From a virus (Duplodnaviria > Heunggongvirae > Uroviricota > Caudoviricetes), in the IMG/VR virus record IMGVR_UViG_3300029922_000006: a stretch of 64,000 nt of DNA; one strand, 5' to 3'. Made by a program: the position numbers and the translations under genes. Below the pieces are notes generated by a model, which saw nothing but the letters and a program-made list of their open reading frames with translations, had not been told where the DNA came from and searched no databases. This document shows, piece by piece, positions 34,022 through 45,400 of this stretch (within the stretch, counting starts at the first letter, position 1; each line of letters opens with the position of its first letter).

Positions 34022-35791
34022 ATGGCCAGCAATTATGCAATCAAGACACCACATGCCGCAGTTCTAGTTTGGAACTACATTGATCGTATCGGCACAGAAG
34101 GAATGACTAGTTCACCAGAGAGTTCTGGAGTCGATGACCTTACTGGTGTAGAGCCGACTATTATTAGTACACTCTCTTGCATTTCTATTTCCACTTCTAA
34201 ATCTAAAGGCCAACCAGAGGGATCGTTTCAGATTGTTCTTGCGCCTACTAAAGACTGGGTGAGTACGCTCACTGCAGGAAGCTGGCTTGCCATCCTCATG
34301 TCTAATGATCCTATTACACAGGACGATTTGAAATCGGCAAATAAGAGCCAGGTAAAAATGATCGGCAAGATTGAGTCGGTCCGCACTGAAGTAACCGTCG
34401 GAGATGATGGGGCGCGTCAAACACGTTTCTATGTCGCCGGTGTTGACTGGTGCCATATCTTTAATAATATCCTTTACGTCGACAACTTGATTGCTTCTTC
34501 TGATGACCCTAAGTCTCAGGGTAATGCTATTGCTGTCGCACTCCGTAACCTGTTGTTCGGAAATGACGGAACACCAAAGAGCTTTAACGTGGATGAAAAT
34601 CTCACAGCTCTAATCGGCCTGTTCGGCAAGTCAGCTGGCGGGTTAATGAAGGCAGGAGTCGATATCAATCGTCTGGCTGCCTCTTTATATAGTTTTAATA
34701 TGCCTAAGGAGATGGTCCAGTACTTTAACTTCGTTGATTCAGATGGTGACCCATCTGACAGCGTTAAGATTAACGACAACCTCACTCTGACTAGTGGTAA
34801 GCTAATTGACAACGATACTTATCTTCCGACTAATGAAGCTAAGGGATATATTGATCCTTTCACACTACAAGGACAACATACTTTCTGGCAAGTGTTAATG
34901 GACAATAGCAATCCAGTTTTAAACGAGATGTATCCTGAGATGGCATGGGTTGGCGGAGATGATCCGAGTAATAACTCGCTTCAGCTCACTATCTACAATC
35001 GGATTAAGCCATTTTCTTTCCGAGGTTTTGACTCAGAGGGCGGAGCGGGCGATGGTCCACTCAGCTACTTCCAGTATGTCAAGTTACACGACATTGATCC
35101 TGTTACAGTAATGAGTATTAACGCAGGAACAAACTGGCGCGATAAATTTAACTTCATTGAGGTTAAACCTAACTTCCAAGATTTTAACGTTATCGCTAAC
35201 TGGTACAAGCAGAAGAGCCAAGCTTTCGACGCACAAGCATTTGAGCGAGAAGGTTTCCGCCCTCTGATCCTTGAGACTAAGCAATTCCCGTCAGCTACTA
35301 ATAAAGCAGGCGGAAACACTACAGATATCAACGTGGATTGGGACCAGCTTCAAAAGTGGGTTCTTCTTCTTCGTGAATGGTACTTCAATACTCACCGCAT
35401 GCTGAATGGCACCATGGTGATGTATGGAACCACTGACTATATTGCTGTAGGCGATAACATTCGTGTTCCAACTGAGTTATTAAGTGTTACACCCAACCTC
35501 ACTGTTGACATCGCTGACGATGCCAGCAATGATGACTGGTATGTTCTTGCTCAGGTTGAGAGCGTTTCCCACAACTTCACAGTTGGCGGAGATGGCGCTC
35601 GCTCTTACACTACTACTATTCAATTCGTTCGTGGAATTATCGTCGACGGCGATAACGTTGCTCTTGGCGACGGACCACTCGATAAGCTTGCTGATGGTGT
35701 AACTCAGGGCCATCGTGAAACAAACACGCAGAACGTTATTAGTTCATCGGACTCTTCGGATCCAGATGGAACTAAGCTGGCAGGCACATAA
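34022..35791 (+). CDS. baseplate hub protein (gp27/gp44-like)
   Basis: follows TMP; EGSFQIVL...MIG.IESVR and VESVSHNF..T.IQFVRG patterns. Confidence 0.7.
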   Translation: MASNYAIKTPHAAVLVWNYIDRIGTEGMTSSPESSGVDDLTGVEPTIISTLSCISISTSKSKGQPEGSFQIVLAPTKDWVSTLTAGSWLAILMSNDPITQDDLKSANKSQVKMIGKIESVRTEVTVGDDGARQTRFYVAGVDWCHIFNNILYVDNLIASSDDPKSQGNAIAVALRNLLFGNDGTPKSFNVDENLTALIGLFGKSAGGLMKAGVDINRLAASLYSFNMPKEMVQYFNFVDSDGDPSDSVKINDNLTLTSGKLIDNDTYLPTNEAKGYIDPFTLQGQHTFWQVLMDNSNPVLNEMYPEMAWVGGDDPSNNSLQLTIYNRIKPFSFRGFDSEGGAGDGPLSYFQYVKLHDIDPVTVMSINAGTNWRDKFNFIEVKPNFQDFNVIANWYKQKSQAFDAQAFEREGFRPLILETKQFPSATNKAGGNTTDINVDWDQLQKWVLLLREWYFNTHRMLNGTMVMYGTTDYIAVGDNIRVPTELLSVTPNLTVDIADDASNDDWYVLAQVESVSHNFTVGGDGARSYTTTIQFVRGIIVDGDNVALGDGPLDKLADGVTQGHRETNTQNVISSSDSSDPDGTKLAGT

Positions 35792-36798
35792 TGGATTCAT
35801 TTGGAATTGTTAAGGATAGTAGTATTTGGCAGAACTCTAGTGACTTCTCTGCATTCAGCAGAAAAGACAATTCTATTCGTATCGGGATCATCAAGAAGGT
35901 GTATCGCGATGGGAATACAGGCGATCTGCGCTATCTAGCTGAGCTTCGCGATGCTAACGATGGTATTGAACTCAACTGTCGCCTAATGCGTAAATTTGGT
36001 GGCGTCTTCAACTACGAAGATACCGTCATGCATGGCTACAAGTTCGATGACAAACCAGATCCTACTTCTAACTTCGCAGCTAAGGCTGGTGACGTCGTTC
36101 TTATTGCCCTATTAAATGGACAAGCACGAGACGGCATCATCCTAGGATGCCTCACACATCCAGCACGCACGTCAGTCATAGACATTGACAATGGACCACA
36201 ATTCGCATCTGAATTCAATGGGATTGAAACCCTGATCAATCAGGATGGTGAGTATACAGTTACGTTCAAGGGTATTCCTACGAACATCGATATGCTCGAC
36301 AACGCTCCTGCATCTGCTCTTCCTGCTCCGACCTACGATACAACAGTGGGCACATCATTCTATAAGTTTGACAAGACAGGCTCATTCGAAGTGAATGATA
36401 ACAGCCAGAACATAGGCTTCCAGAATCTTAGAATAGATAAGGCTGCTGGAACAGTAGCTATCAACTCTGGTAAGGTCTCGCTATTGTTTACTAAGGCTCC
36501 TGAGCAAGTTGACCTAAAAGCTAAAGTTACCAATATCGTTTCAGATACCAGCATTACTGCGTCCACACAGCAGTACTCTATGAGCGCTACTACGTCTGCT
36601 AAAGTGAAGAGCCCTAAGGTTGCAATCGGCACAGACGGTATTGAGCTCCTTGACCAGCTCTCGCAACTCATTGATGCGATTGGTAAACTGATCGCTATCT
36701 CCCCAGTTGGACCTTGTAATGCCCTTATGACCTCTCCCGAGTGGTCGGGGGTTGCAGCAGTCCAGACCAAGATTAAGGAGATCACTGGCAGCTTTTAA
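35791..36798 (+). CDS. baseplate central spike (gp5/gpV-like)
   Basis: OB-fold-like N-terminus (GDVVLIALLNG...IILG.L.HP), beta-repeat C-terminus ending ISPVGPC. Confidence 0.7.
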   Translation: MDSFGIVKDSSIWQNSSDFSAFSRKDNSIRIGIIKKVYRDGNTGDLRYLAELRDANDGIELNCRLMRKFGGVFNYEDTVMHGYKFDDKPDPTSNFAAKAGDVVLIALLNGQARDGIILGCLTHPARTSVIDIDNGPQFASEFNGIETLINQDGEYTVTFKGIPTNIDMLDNAPASALPAPTYDTTVGTSFYKFDKTGSFEVNDNSQNIGFQNLRIDKAAGTVAINSGKVSLLFTKAPEQVDLKAKVTNIVSDTSITASTQQYSMSATTSAKVKSPKVAIGTDGIELLDQLSQLIDAIGKLIAISPVGPCNALMTSPEWSGVAAVQTKIKEITGSF

Positions 36799-36810
36799 CT
36801 TAGGTTGCTA

Positions 36811-36816
36811 TATAAT
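36811..36816 (+). promoter_or_regulatory. -10 box, leaderless-type
   Basis: TATAAT-N6-ATG(36823). Confidence 0.55.
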
Positions 36817-36822
36817 TGACTC

Positions 36823-37773
36823 ATGGCATTTAGTGTTACAGATTTACTCAGCGGATTAAATAAGCCCAAAGAAACCCCTGTTCAAAATCAGGTGAACTCT
36901 ACGGCTGCGGCAGCAGGTCTCGAAGCTGCTATGGACTTGATCTATGATATCGAGTCCCAGAACTGGTATACCGCAAAACCATACGGATTCAAAGCTACTA
37001 ACCGAGACGGTGGTGTGTTCACCATGTTCTTGCCTATTAGCCCAAGCAATTTAAACATCACTACTAATTTCGCAACCAACGTTATTCCTACCTTGTATGG
37101 AACTGTAGAAGAGCACTCTGATGTTCGCTACTACGACATCACAATTGAAGGAACAACTGGTATGGCTCCAAAATTTGTTGAGCCAGGTGTTGGTGAGCCA
37201 GGTGGAAACCTCTATGGCGCTCTCCAGACAAAGGGACGTACTGCGTTCTCTGTTGCTCAAGGTATCTCGCTCGGTGGATTCTTTTCAAAGACTCTAGGCG
37301 CAGTGAATCAGATCGCCAACAAAGCTACTGACCTTCTTCAAGGTGCACCAAAGCCAAAAGCCGGTGTTTACTCTGATAACAGCGGTTATGTTGCCTTCCA
37401 CAACCTTTATCGCTTCTTACTTCAGTATAAGAAGGATACGACTGGTGCTTACTCGAATACGAAGCGCACTTCGCATCCGCTGACTTTCTTTAACTATAAA
37501 GATAACAATCAGTACGATGTCGTAGTTCGCAACTTTGTATTGCGTAGATCTGTTCAAGATCCTATGCTTTACTATTACTCGATTCAGCTTCGCGCCTACA
37601 ACTTGCGCCCTATCACAAGTCCGATCGACGAGGATTTAACTCAGCGTCTGAAGGATCTTGGTCTTAACGGCGTTAACTCGTCATCTCTTCTTGGAGACAT
37701 TAAGAGCTTGTCGTCTGGCGTTAAGTCAATCATTGGTTCTGCCGTTGGCGGAATTAGCGTATTAGGAAGATAA
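36823..37773 (+). CDS. tail tube initiator-like baseplate protein
   Basis: LPISPSNLNIT...EEH...ITIEGTTG pattern; baseplate synteny. Confidence 0.6.
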   Translation: MAFSVTDLLSGLNKPKETPVQNQVNSTAAAAGLEAAMDLIYDIESQNWYTAKPYGFKATNRDGGVFTMFLPISPSNLNITTNFATNVIPTLYGTVEEHSDVRYYDITIEGTTGMAPKFVEPGVGEPGGNLYGALQTKGRTAFSVAQGISLGGFFSKTLGAVNQIANKATDLLQGAPKPKAGVYSDNSGYVAFHNLYRFLLQYKKDTTGAYSNTKRTSHPLTFFNYKDNNQYDVVVRNFVLRRSVQDPMLYYYSIQLRAYNLRPITSPIDEDLTQRLKDLGLNGVNSSSLLGDIKSLSSGVKSIIGSAVGGISVLGR

Positions 37774-39378
37774 ATGGCTGCTACACTAAAGGACTCATAT
37801 CAAGGTATTGCGGATGTCAACCTCTGGCTTAAAACCAGAACGGGTGATACCCTATATCTATCTGATATTCCTTCAGTAATCCCGCTTCGTTGGCCATATT
37901 TCCGTGACAACTGGGATTTCATTAAACAGAACATTATCAATAGTTCTTCTCGGTACTCAAATCCTGATTTTTTGAATCAGCAGATTAATGACTTCTCAAG
38001 CTTCATCTCTGCTCAACAGGTCAGTGCCGGAACGACTAATCCGTTTGCAGATGGCAGCGTCTTCTATCAGTACTATACGATCTTCGATAACGTTCAGATC
38101 AGCGCCATCAACTTGACAAATCAAGAGACAACCCTCGTTACAAACGAGAAGGTTCGCGTTGGTGCATTCTCTAAGAACGACTTTGTAAACTATAAGACGA
38201 CAATCACGGCTTACAGAGATGTGATTACAGATCAGTACGGTCTCACTGATGCTACCTATAATATGACCTACAACAGAAGTGCACAGACTGCACAAATTGT
38301 TGCCGGCATCACTGAAGAGAACTACTTGTTAACTCTTCAAGGATCTATCAAGACAATTAACTTCATCCTTGCTAACTTGTTTGCAGTGGATGCTTCGATT
38401 GATCGCTTTGCTTTAGCTCGTGCTAATGCTAATAACCCAGATGTGAACATTGGTTCATATAAGTCTGGTACCTTAGTCAAGATCAACTATGGAGAGACTC
38501 TTGAGAGTCTAGCTAACCGCTACTTAGGCGATCCTAACAAATGGATCGACATTGCTATTGCTAACGGCTTGAAACCGCCCTACATTGATGAGGTCGGTCA
38601 GCTAATTCCTTTACTCGCTAACGGTAACGGATCACAGATTAACTTGGCAGAGACAGACAGCTCTGGCAACTACAACATCAATAAGCTTTATATCAATCAG
38701 CCCATCTTCTTGTCCTCTAGCACTCAAGTTGTGCCAGACCAAAGAACAATCACGAACATCCGTCAAGTACCGGTCTCAGGAGAGATCATCTTGGAGTTGG
38801 ATGGTGCGGCTAACTTAAATATCTATCAGTTAGCTGGGAATGCGGCTATCCGCGTCTACCAGGCTAACACTATCAACAGCGCCTTCTTCGTCATGATCCC
38901 ATCGACGCAGAACCTGCCAGATCAACGGAATGATGAAGTTCCTTGGTTCTTGGCAAAGAGTGCTGCTGACGAGAAGCGCGCAAAGATCGACTTGCTCATT
39001 GACGACAATGGCGAGTTGAATTTCACCACCAACGGAGACCTGAGCCTAAGCTACGGATTGCAGAATGCTATCCAGGCTATCAAGCTCAAAATTGTCACTG
39101 AATTGGGGTCTTTACGCTACCATCCAACTTTTGGTCTGGTAAACGTGGTCGGTAAGACCAACGCCAACATTGACGGAATCAAGGATCTGATTACTCAGTC
39201 GCTCACTAACCAAATAGCGGCTGACTCAAGATTTGATCGTATCGAGACGCTGGATGTCAATTATGCAGTCACCAACACGACTGGCACAGTTCCCGCAGCT
39301 ATAACAATTCAGATGACAGTGAGATTAGCTGGCGGCAGTAGGATCCTACCTATTAGTTTCTCAGTGAATAACCTATAA
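37774..39378 (+). CDS. baseplate protein with LysM-like and gp25-like domains
   Basis: GETLESLANRYLGDPNKWIDIAIAN (LysM/gpX-like); GDLSL..G.QN..QA...HPTFG (gp25/W-like). Confidence 0.7.
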   Translation: MAATLKDSYQGIADVNLWLKTRTGDTLYLSDIPSVIPLRWPYFRDNWDFIKQNIINSSSRYSNPDFLNQQINDFSSFISAQQVSAGTTNPFADGSVFYQYYTIFDNVQISAINLTNQETTLVTNEKVRVGAFSKNDFVNYKTTITAYRDVITDQYGLTDATYNMTYNRSAQTAQIVAGITEENYLLTLQGSIKTINFILANLFAVDASIDRFALARANANNPDVNIGSYKSGTLVKINYGETLESLANRYLGDPNKWIDIAIANGLKPPYIDEVGQLIPLLANGNGSQINLAETDSSGNYNINKLYINQPIFLSSSTQVVPDQRTITNIRQVPVSGEIILELDGAANLNIYQLAGNAAIRVYQANTINSAFFVMIPSTQNLPDQRNDEVPWFLAKSAADEKRAKIDLLIDDNGELNFTTNGDLSLSYGLQNAIQAIKLKIVTELGSLRYHPTFGLVNVVGKTNANIDGIKDLITQSLTNQIAADSRFDRIETLDVNYAVTNTTGTVPAAITIQMTVRLAGGSRILPISFSVNNL

Positions 39379-39410
39379 CCTGTCAGTTTACGTAGTAAAA
39401 TAGGGTAACC

Positions 39411-42400
39411 ATGGCTATTCAAATTAAGAGCTTTAATCAAATTCTTGGAGACATGATCCGCACGATCTTAGCGGAAACTCCTCTCAATGACTTAAACGCA
39501 GGCTCAGTATTACTTACTTTGCTTGAAGCTGCAGCTGCTAACGACTTCGAGAACAATGCTGCGATCCTCAACGTTTTAGAGCTTCTTAATATCGATGCCG
39601 TACAGAACAGTGACCTTGATGCCCGTGCCGGTGACTATGGTTTAACCCGTTATGCTGCCATTAAGGCTTCTGGTAACGTCACCATCACAAACACGAACAT
39701 CACTAAGATCTCGACTGGCCTCTACGTAATTAAGCCAGCCCCTATTTCTGGACAGACTACTCTCTTCGTAAACAGCACGACTGGCTGGGCCCCATCTGGA
39801 ACCTTGTATATCGGCCGTGGTACTCAGTCTTTTGAAGGTCCGATCCCTTATTCTTCTATCACTCAGTACGCTACGTATTCTCAGATCAATCTGGGCTCTG
39901 CGTTGCAACGCGACCATCTGATCTCGGATGTCGTTGTAGACTCCCAGGGTGAGCCAGATCGCATCATCGCTGCAGGTACGGTAGTTAGCATCCCTGCCAA
40001 CAACCAGAACCCTGAGATCCAATACGTCACATTAAGAGACGCTGTTATCCCGGCTGGTGAGCAGAACGTTACCAACGTTCAAGTTATCGCTCTCGTTGCA
40101 GGATCACAAGGCAATGCAGGAATCAACACTATTACTGCTTTTGATACTCCGCCATTCGCTGGTGCAGCTGTATCTAACACCAATGCTTTCACAGACGGTG
40201 CTGACATTGAGACAGACGTCCAACTCCGTAACCGTATCCAGAGCTATAGCACTACGCTTGCTCGCGGTACTGCTGCTTCGATCATCGACGCAGTAATCGG
40301 TGTTTCGGATTCGACAGATAACAAGCAAGTTGCTTCAGCAGTTATCACTGAGCCAACCGCTGTTAACGAACCTTCTATCCTTTATATCGATGACGGTACC
40401 GGCTTCGAGCCCTCGTACACTGGTCAATCGGTTGATACTCTGTTAAAGAATGCTGACGGAACCGAAGAGTTCTTGCAGCTCTCTAACTACCCACTTCCAC
40501 GTCCTCAAGTTGTCAACACTGAGGCGGGTCCATTCACAGTTACTGTTGGTTCAATCCTTCGTGTAATTGTCGATGGCACTGAGGAAGACATTCAGTTCTT
40601 GGCTACAGACTTTGCTAACATCTCGGCAGCAACTATCTCTGAGATCATCATTGCTATCAACGCCCGCGCTACATCTTTTAGCGCTCGCTTTACTAACGAT
40701 GGAGAAAACATTCTGATCTATCCTCAAGCATACGATGCTGAGTTGATCCAGGTTTCTCCACAACGCTCGACTGATTCAACTTTGCTTTACATTAACAACC
40801 TGTTGAAGTTTCCTACTAACCAGTATAGCTACATCTCGTTGTTTAAAAACTCTACTCGTATCTACGAAAAAGAGAAGAGCGCTTCGGTTGAGACTGCGGC
40901 ATTCGCTAACTGGAACATCACTGGTCCAGGCGATATCATTATCTCTGTTGACGGTACTCCGGCACAGGATCGTACATTCGCATTGAGTGACTTTGCTGGA
41001 GCTTCTAGCTTCGCGTCTCTCACTCTTGCACAATACGTTGCTGCCTTCAATACTAAATTTGCAGGTCTTACCGCTACAGCAACTGCTTCACAGACTATGT
41101 TAATCACGTCGAACCAACAAGGTTCAGCGTCTTCAATCTCTGTAAGCGGTGGTACTTATCTTGATAAGTGGTTCACTAGCGGCGAAATCAGCTCTACTGG
41201 ACAAAGCTCACAGTTCCAATTGAACCGTCAGACTGGTAACCTCCAAGTAGTCGACATCAACGCAGGAGACACAGTTACTGCTGGTATCACGGATGCTAAA
41301 GGCTTCGTGCTGTCGTCTACAACTACATCTGGTAACTACAATGTATCGAGCGATACAAACGGTCGTCCATCTGAGATGGTCGTTGTAGCTGACTCTACAT
41401 ACACTACACAACGAGCTCTTACGCTGTTGGTTGGTGCTACAATCTCTATCACGAATCCTTCAGGAACAGACATGCGAATCATGTCTTCAACTCTTGCAGC
41501 ATTCGAGGCGCTTCTGCCAGGTGACTTCATCTACTTGACTCCACGCACAACTGGCTGGGTAAATTCAGCTAACGCTGGACTTTTTAAGATTCATGCTAAA
41601 GGTCCTCACCTAACTGCTGGAACTGACTCATTTGTTGATGTTCAAAACATCAACGTGGTTCCTCAGTCGAACGTCTCTATCTTAGATTCTTTGGACATCT
41701 CTGCTTTCACAACTGATGGATTCCCTCAGATTTGGCGCGGCGTCTACGTTGACAATCCTCCTGTTGCTTCAATCACAAGCATCATCGATTCGTTGAACAC
41801 AGACCTCATTAACGTTATTGCTAGCGTTTATAACTCTAGTGCTATCAAGTTAACATCGACTACTGAGAACGGTGGAAGCATTGCTATTCCCGTAGCGGTG
41901 TCGAATGCATCATTGCTCTTTGCAAGTACACCTACCGCTGAGTTAGGTAACCCACCTCTCATCGCTTACTCTGTACCGACAAAAGATCTCGTATCTAATT
42001 TCAGGATCACAACTCCTACAAACCAGAACGTCTTCTTGAACCGTCACACGTATACAGACGTTAAACGTCAGTTACTTGCTAACTCGGTTCCTGATCAACC
42101 AGACTATACTGGTACTTACAGTGAGATTGTTGATGCTAACCTCGATGCTACGACTATGGACTTTGATGACTACTTGTCATTCACTGGCGGCAACAACCGC
42201 GGGCAGTTCCGTACTGTCGCTGCGTTCCCTACTTCTGGAAACGTAGGTACTCAAGAGGGTACAGCTCGTACACAACTTGACCATATCATTGGTGATGAGC
42301 TTCAAGTTGTAACTCCAATCCAATTTACTACAGACGACTCAATCGTTGTTGTAATGGATCAGAATTCAGCTACCGAAACTGTTGACATTCAAATGGCTCG

Positions 42401-45400
42401 TACAGGTCGCGTAAATGCTGGCTCTGGCGGATCTACATTCTTGCCTACTACTACAGAATTCTCAGGATACGATGCAGACAACGAAGCTGGCATCGACTTC
42501 TCAAACACTACAGTTTGGGGAACAGAAGTTAACGGAACGAACTTCAGCGACTATGCTGTATGGTTCATGGCCCGTAACTGGTACTACGGCGGTGGCGTCG
42601 GCTCTGGACAAGGGCAGCTTATAGTTCGTGCTCAGCAGTACGGACCTAACGGTAACCAGTTGAAGTTCGCGCTCGGATATCCTACATTGGTTAACCAAGC
42701 TCCTTCAACTACGTTCGTTAACACACCTTCGTACAGCACTTTAACCTACATCTTCGGATCGGGAAATGCACGACCTATCGCTGTATCAGCTGGCGACCGC
42801 ATCTCTGTAACCGGTCCATATCCTGACAATTCGACCAATTTCCCTAGTGGAGCGTCGAGCACAGGAAATTACTACGACTATTCGTTCTCTGCAGGTAACT
42901 TCTCGACTGTTAAAGTTGGGGATGTCTTATCTATCAATTCGGGTTCGGGCGTATCGCCTAGCAACAGCGGTCAGTTCTATGTGCAAGCTATCAGCGGCAC
43001 TACTATACGTGTGTTTAATCCGACTGGTTCTGTTACTGCTCCGGGAACACCTGAGACAAGCACAGTTACTACAATTGCTGATGTTGTAGGAACCCCTACA
43101 TCTTATGGCGTTACAACTGTTGCTGATGTAAGCGACAACCTATACCAAAAATACTTCACGATCTACGATACTCAAGGATCTGTAGCAGTATGGTATGACG
43201 TTAATAACACTGGTGTTGCAGCTCCTGCTGCTGGCACAAACCGTTACATTAAAGTAGCTACTGTTGTTACAAATGATACAGCTGCTACAATCGCCACTAA
43301 AACTAGCCAAGCTATTGCGCTTGATAATGCTTTCACTGTGGGAGTTGTTGGAACTCAGTTGACAATCACTAACGTGATCAACGGAGCACTTGCAAATGGT
43401 AACTCTAACACTTCTGGCTTTACTGTTACTACTTCTACGGGAACAGCAAATCAATCGTTGACTGGTAAATACTTCTATATCTACGAGCCTGCTGGTTCAG
43501 TAGCTGTATGGTTTGACATGGGTGATGGATCAACTCCTGAGCCATTCCATGGAGCTAATCGCTCGATTGAAGTTACTGGTGCACCTTACGGAGCAAGTGC
43601 AGCTACTGTTGCTGCAGCGATCGTACAGGTTGTTAACCCTGACGTTTCATTCCGCGCTACTGCTTCTGGCAATGCAGTCACAATCACTTCGACTTCTGAC
43701 GGAGCTCTTCCTGCTTCGACTGCTGGAACTTCTGGTTTCACAGTATCTAGTGTCGCAGGAACATTGACAACTGCTGAGTTGGTAACTAACCCTAACGGCC
43801 TCTCGATCTTCCCACTGTCTGGAAATGACGTGGCCACTATCGCTAGCACTGTTAATGCTGGAACGATCATGACCCTTACTCCGGTCGGATCTACTGCGCT
43901 CACTATTAACAAAGCTACTGCTGAAGAAGATTACACATACTCTGGAAACGCAACTGCACTTGCTTACGGACACAACCCTACAAACTCTGCTACTCGCGGT
44001 TCTGTTGGAATGTATGATGGCGTTGCATACTGCAAATCATTCAGCAACAGCAACCCTAACTTCACGTTAAAGGCTGCTCTGGTTCTTGAAGGTGTATCGT
44101 CTGCGTATGATATGGCTACAGCGCCTAACTACAACGATGCTAACTTGGGCGAATACTTCAAGTTGATTCCTACTTCTGTTAAGAATATCTATCACCACTT
44201 TACACAGAAAGCTCTTTCACAGCTTCCTATCATCGCTGATCTCACTATCACTAATGATCGTAAACGTATTCAGATTGACTCTATGCAGCTCGGTTCTGCA
44301 GGAGCGATTGAGGTTATCGGTGGTAATGCTAACGCTTCAGTTGCTTATATTAACTCTGAAGCTGAAGACACTACAGATAACACTGGCGAATACTTGCTGG
44401 TTAAGATCCCTGCATTCCCTGACACTTTTAGTTCTGGTGACTATGTTACGCTCACAAATGATGCAGGTGTTAACCGCCTGAATCGTCTACAAGCTACAGA
44501 CACTATCGACGTAACACTTCCTTCTTCTGGATTCGCAGCTTATAACTACAATCCAAAAGTGATCAACGTTGCTTCTTCTTCTGTGTTCACAATCGCAGAT
44601 GTATCTGGCAGCTACGGACGCCCTGCAGGATATGTATGGCGTTGGACACACGGCGGTGGACTTACTTTCGCAGCTGTAAACGCTGGCGATATTTTGTTCG
44701 CATTTGGTGCAACTCTTCCTTGGGCTCAAGGCAATAAAGTTCAGTCTTCTGGTGATGGAAACATCGCTGGTTTCCCAATCATCTTCGTAAATGATGGAGC
44801 CAACTACATTGACGTTATTAACCCACTTGGTAAAGCAATGGGTTCTACTGCGGTAGGAACTGGTAACACAATTCAGATCTGCCCAACTCCAGCTGTTCGT
44901 TGGACGTTATCGCATGCCGCATGGGTGCCAACTGGCTCTATCATCGGCAATGGAACTACTGCTTCATTCATCGCTACTGCCCCTGTTCGTTTGAACACTG
45001 GCGACATGGTGAGCATACAAGATAGCAACAACATCCCTGATGGAACTTACGGTCCTGTAACTGTAACTGGAACTACTACGTTTTCGTTCGCTTACGCTAG
45101 CGCAGCGTTCAGCGAAGCACAGACTGGTGCATCAGTATTAAAATCAGGCCTTGTTCCTACTCGTTACAAAGTTGAGAAGCTCGGCTTCAATAACATGATC
45201 CGTATCCACCGTTATGATGGCCAAAGCCCTCGCTTCACGGATTGCGGAGTTGCAGTTGACGATTACATGGTTATCGGCGGATCTACATTTGCTTCGAACA
45301 ACAACGGAACATTCCGTGTTCAAGCGGTTGATAACGACAGCATCATTATTGTTAACGCTACTGGAACTGATGAGCTCAACACAACGACGCTCTTCAACAA

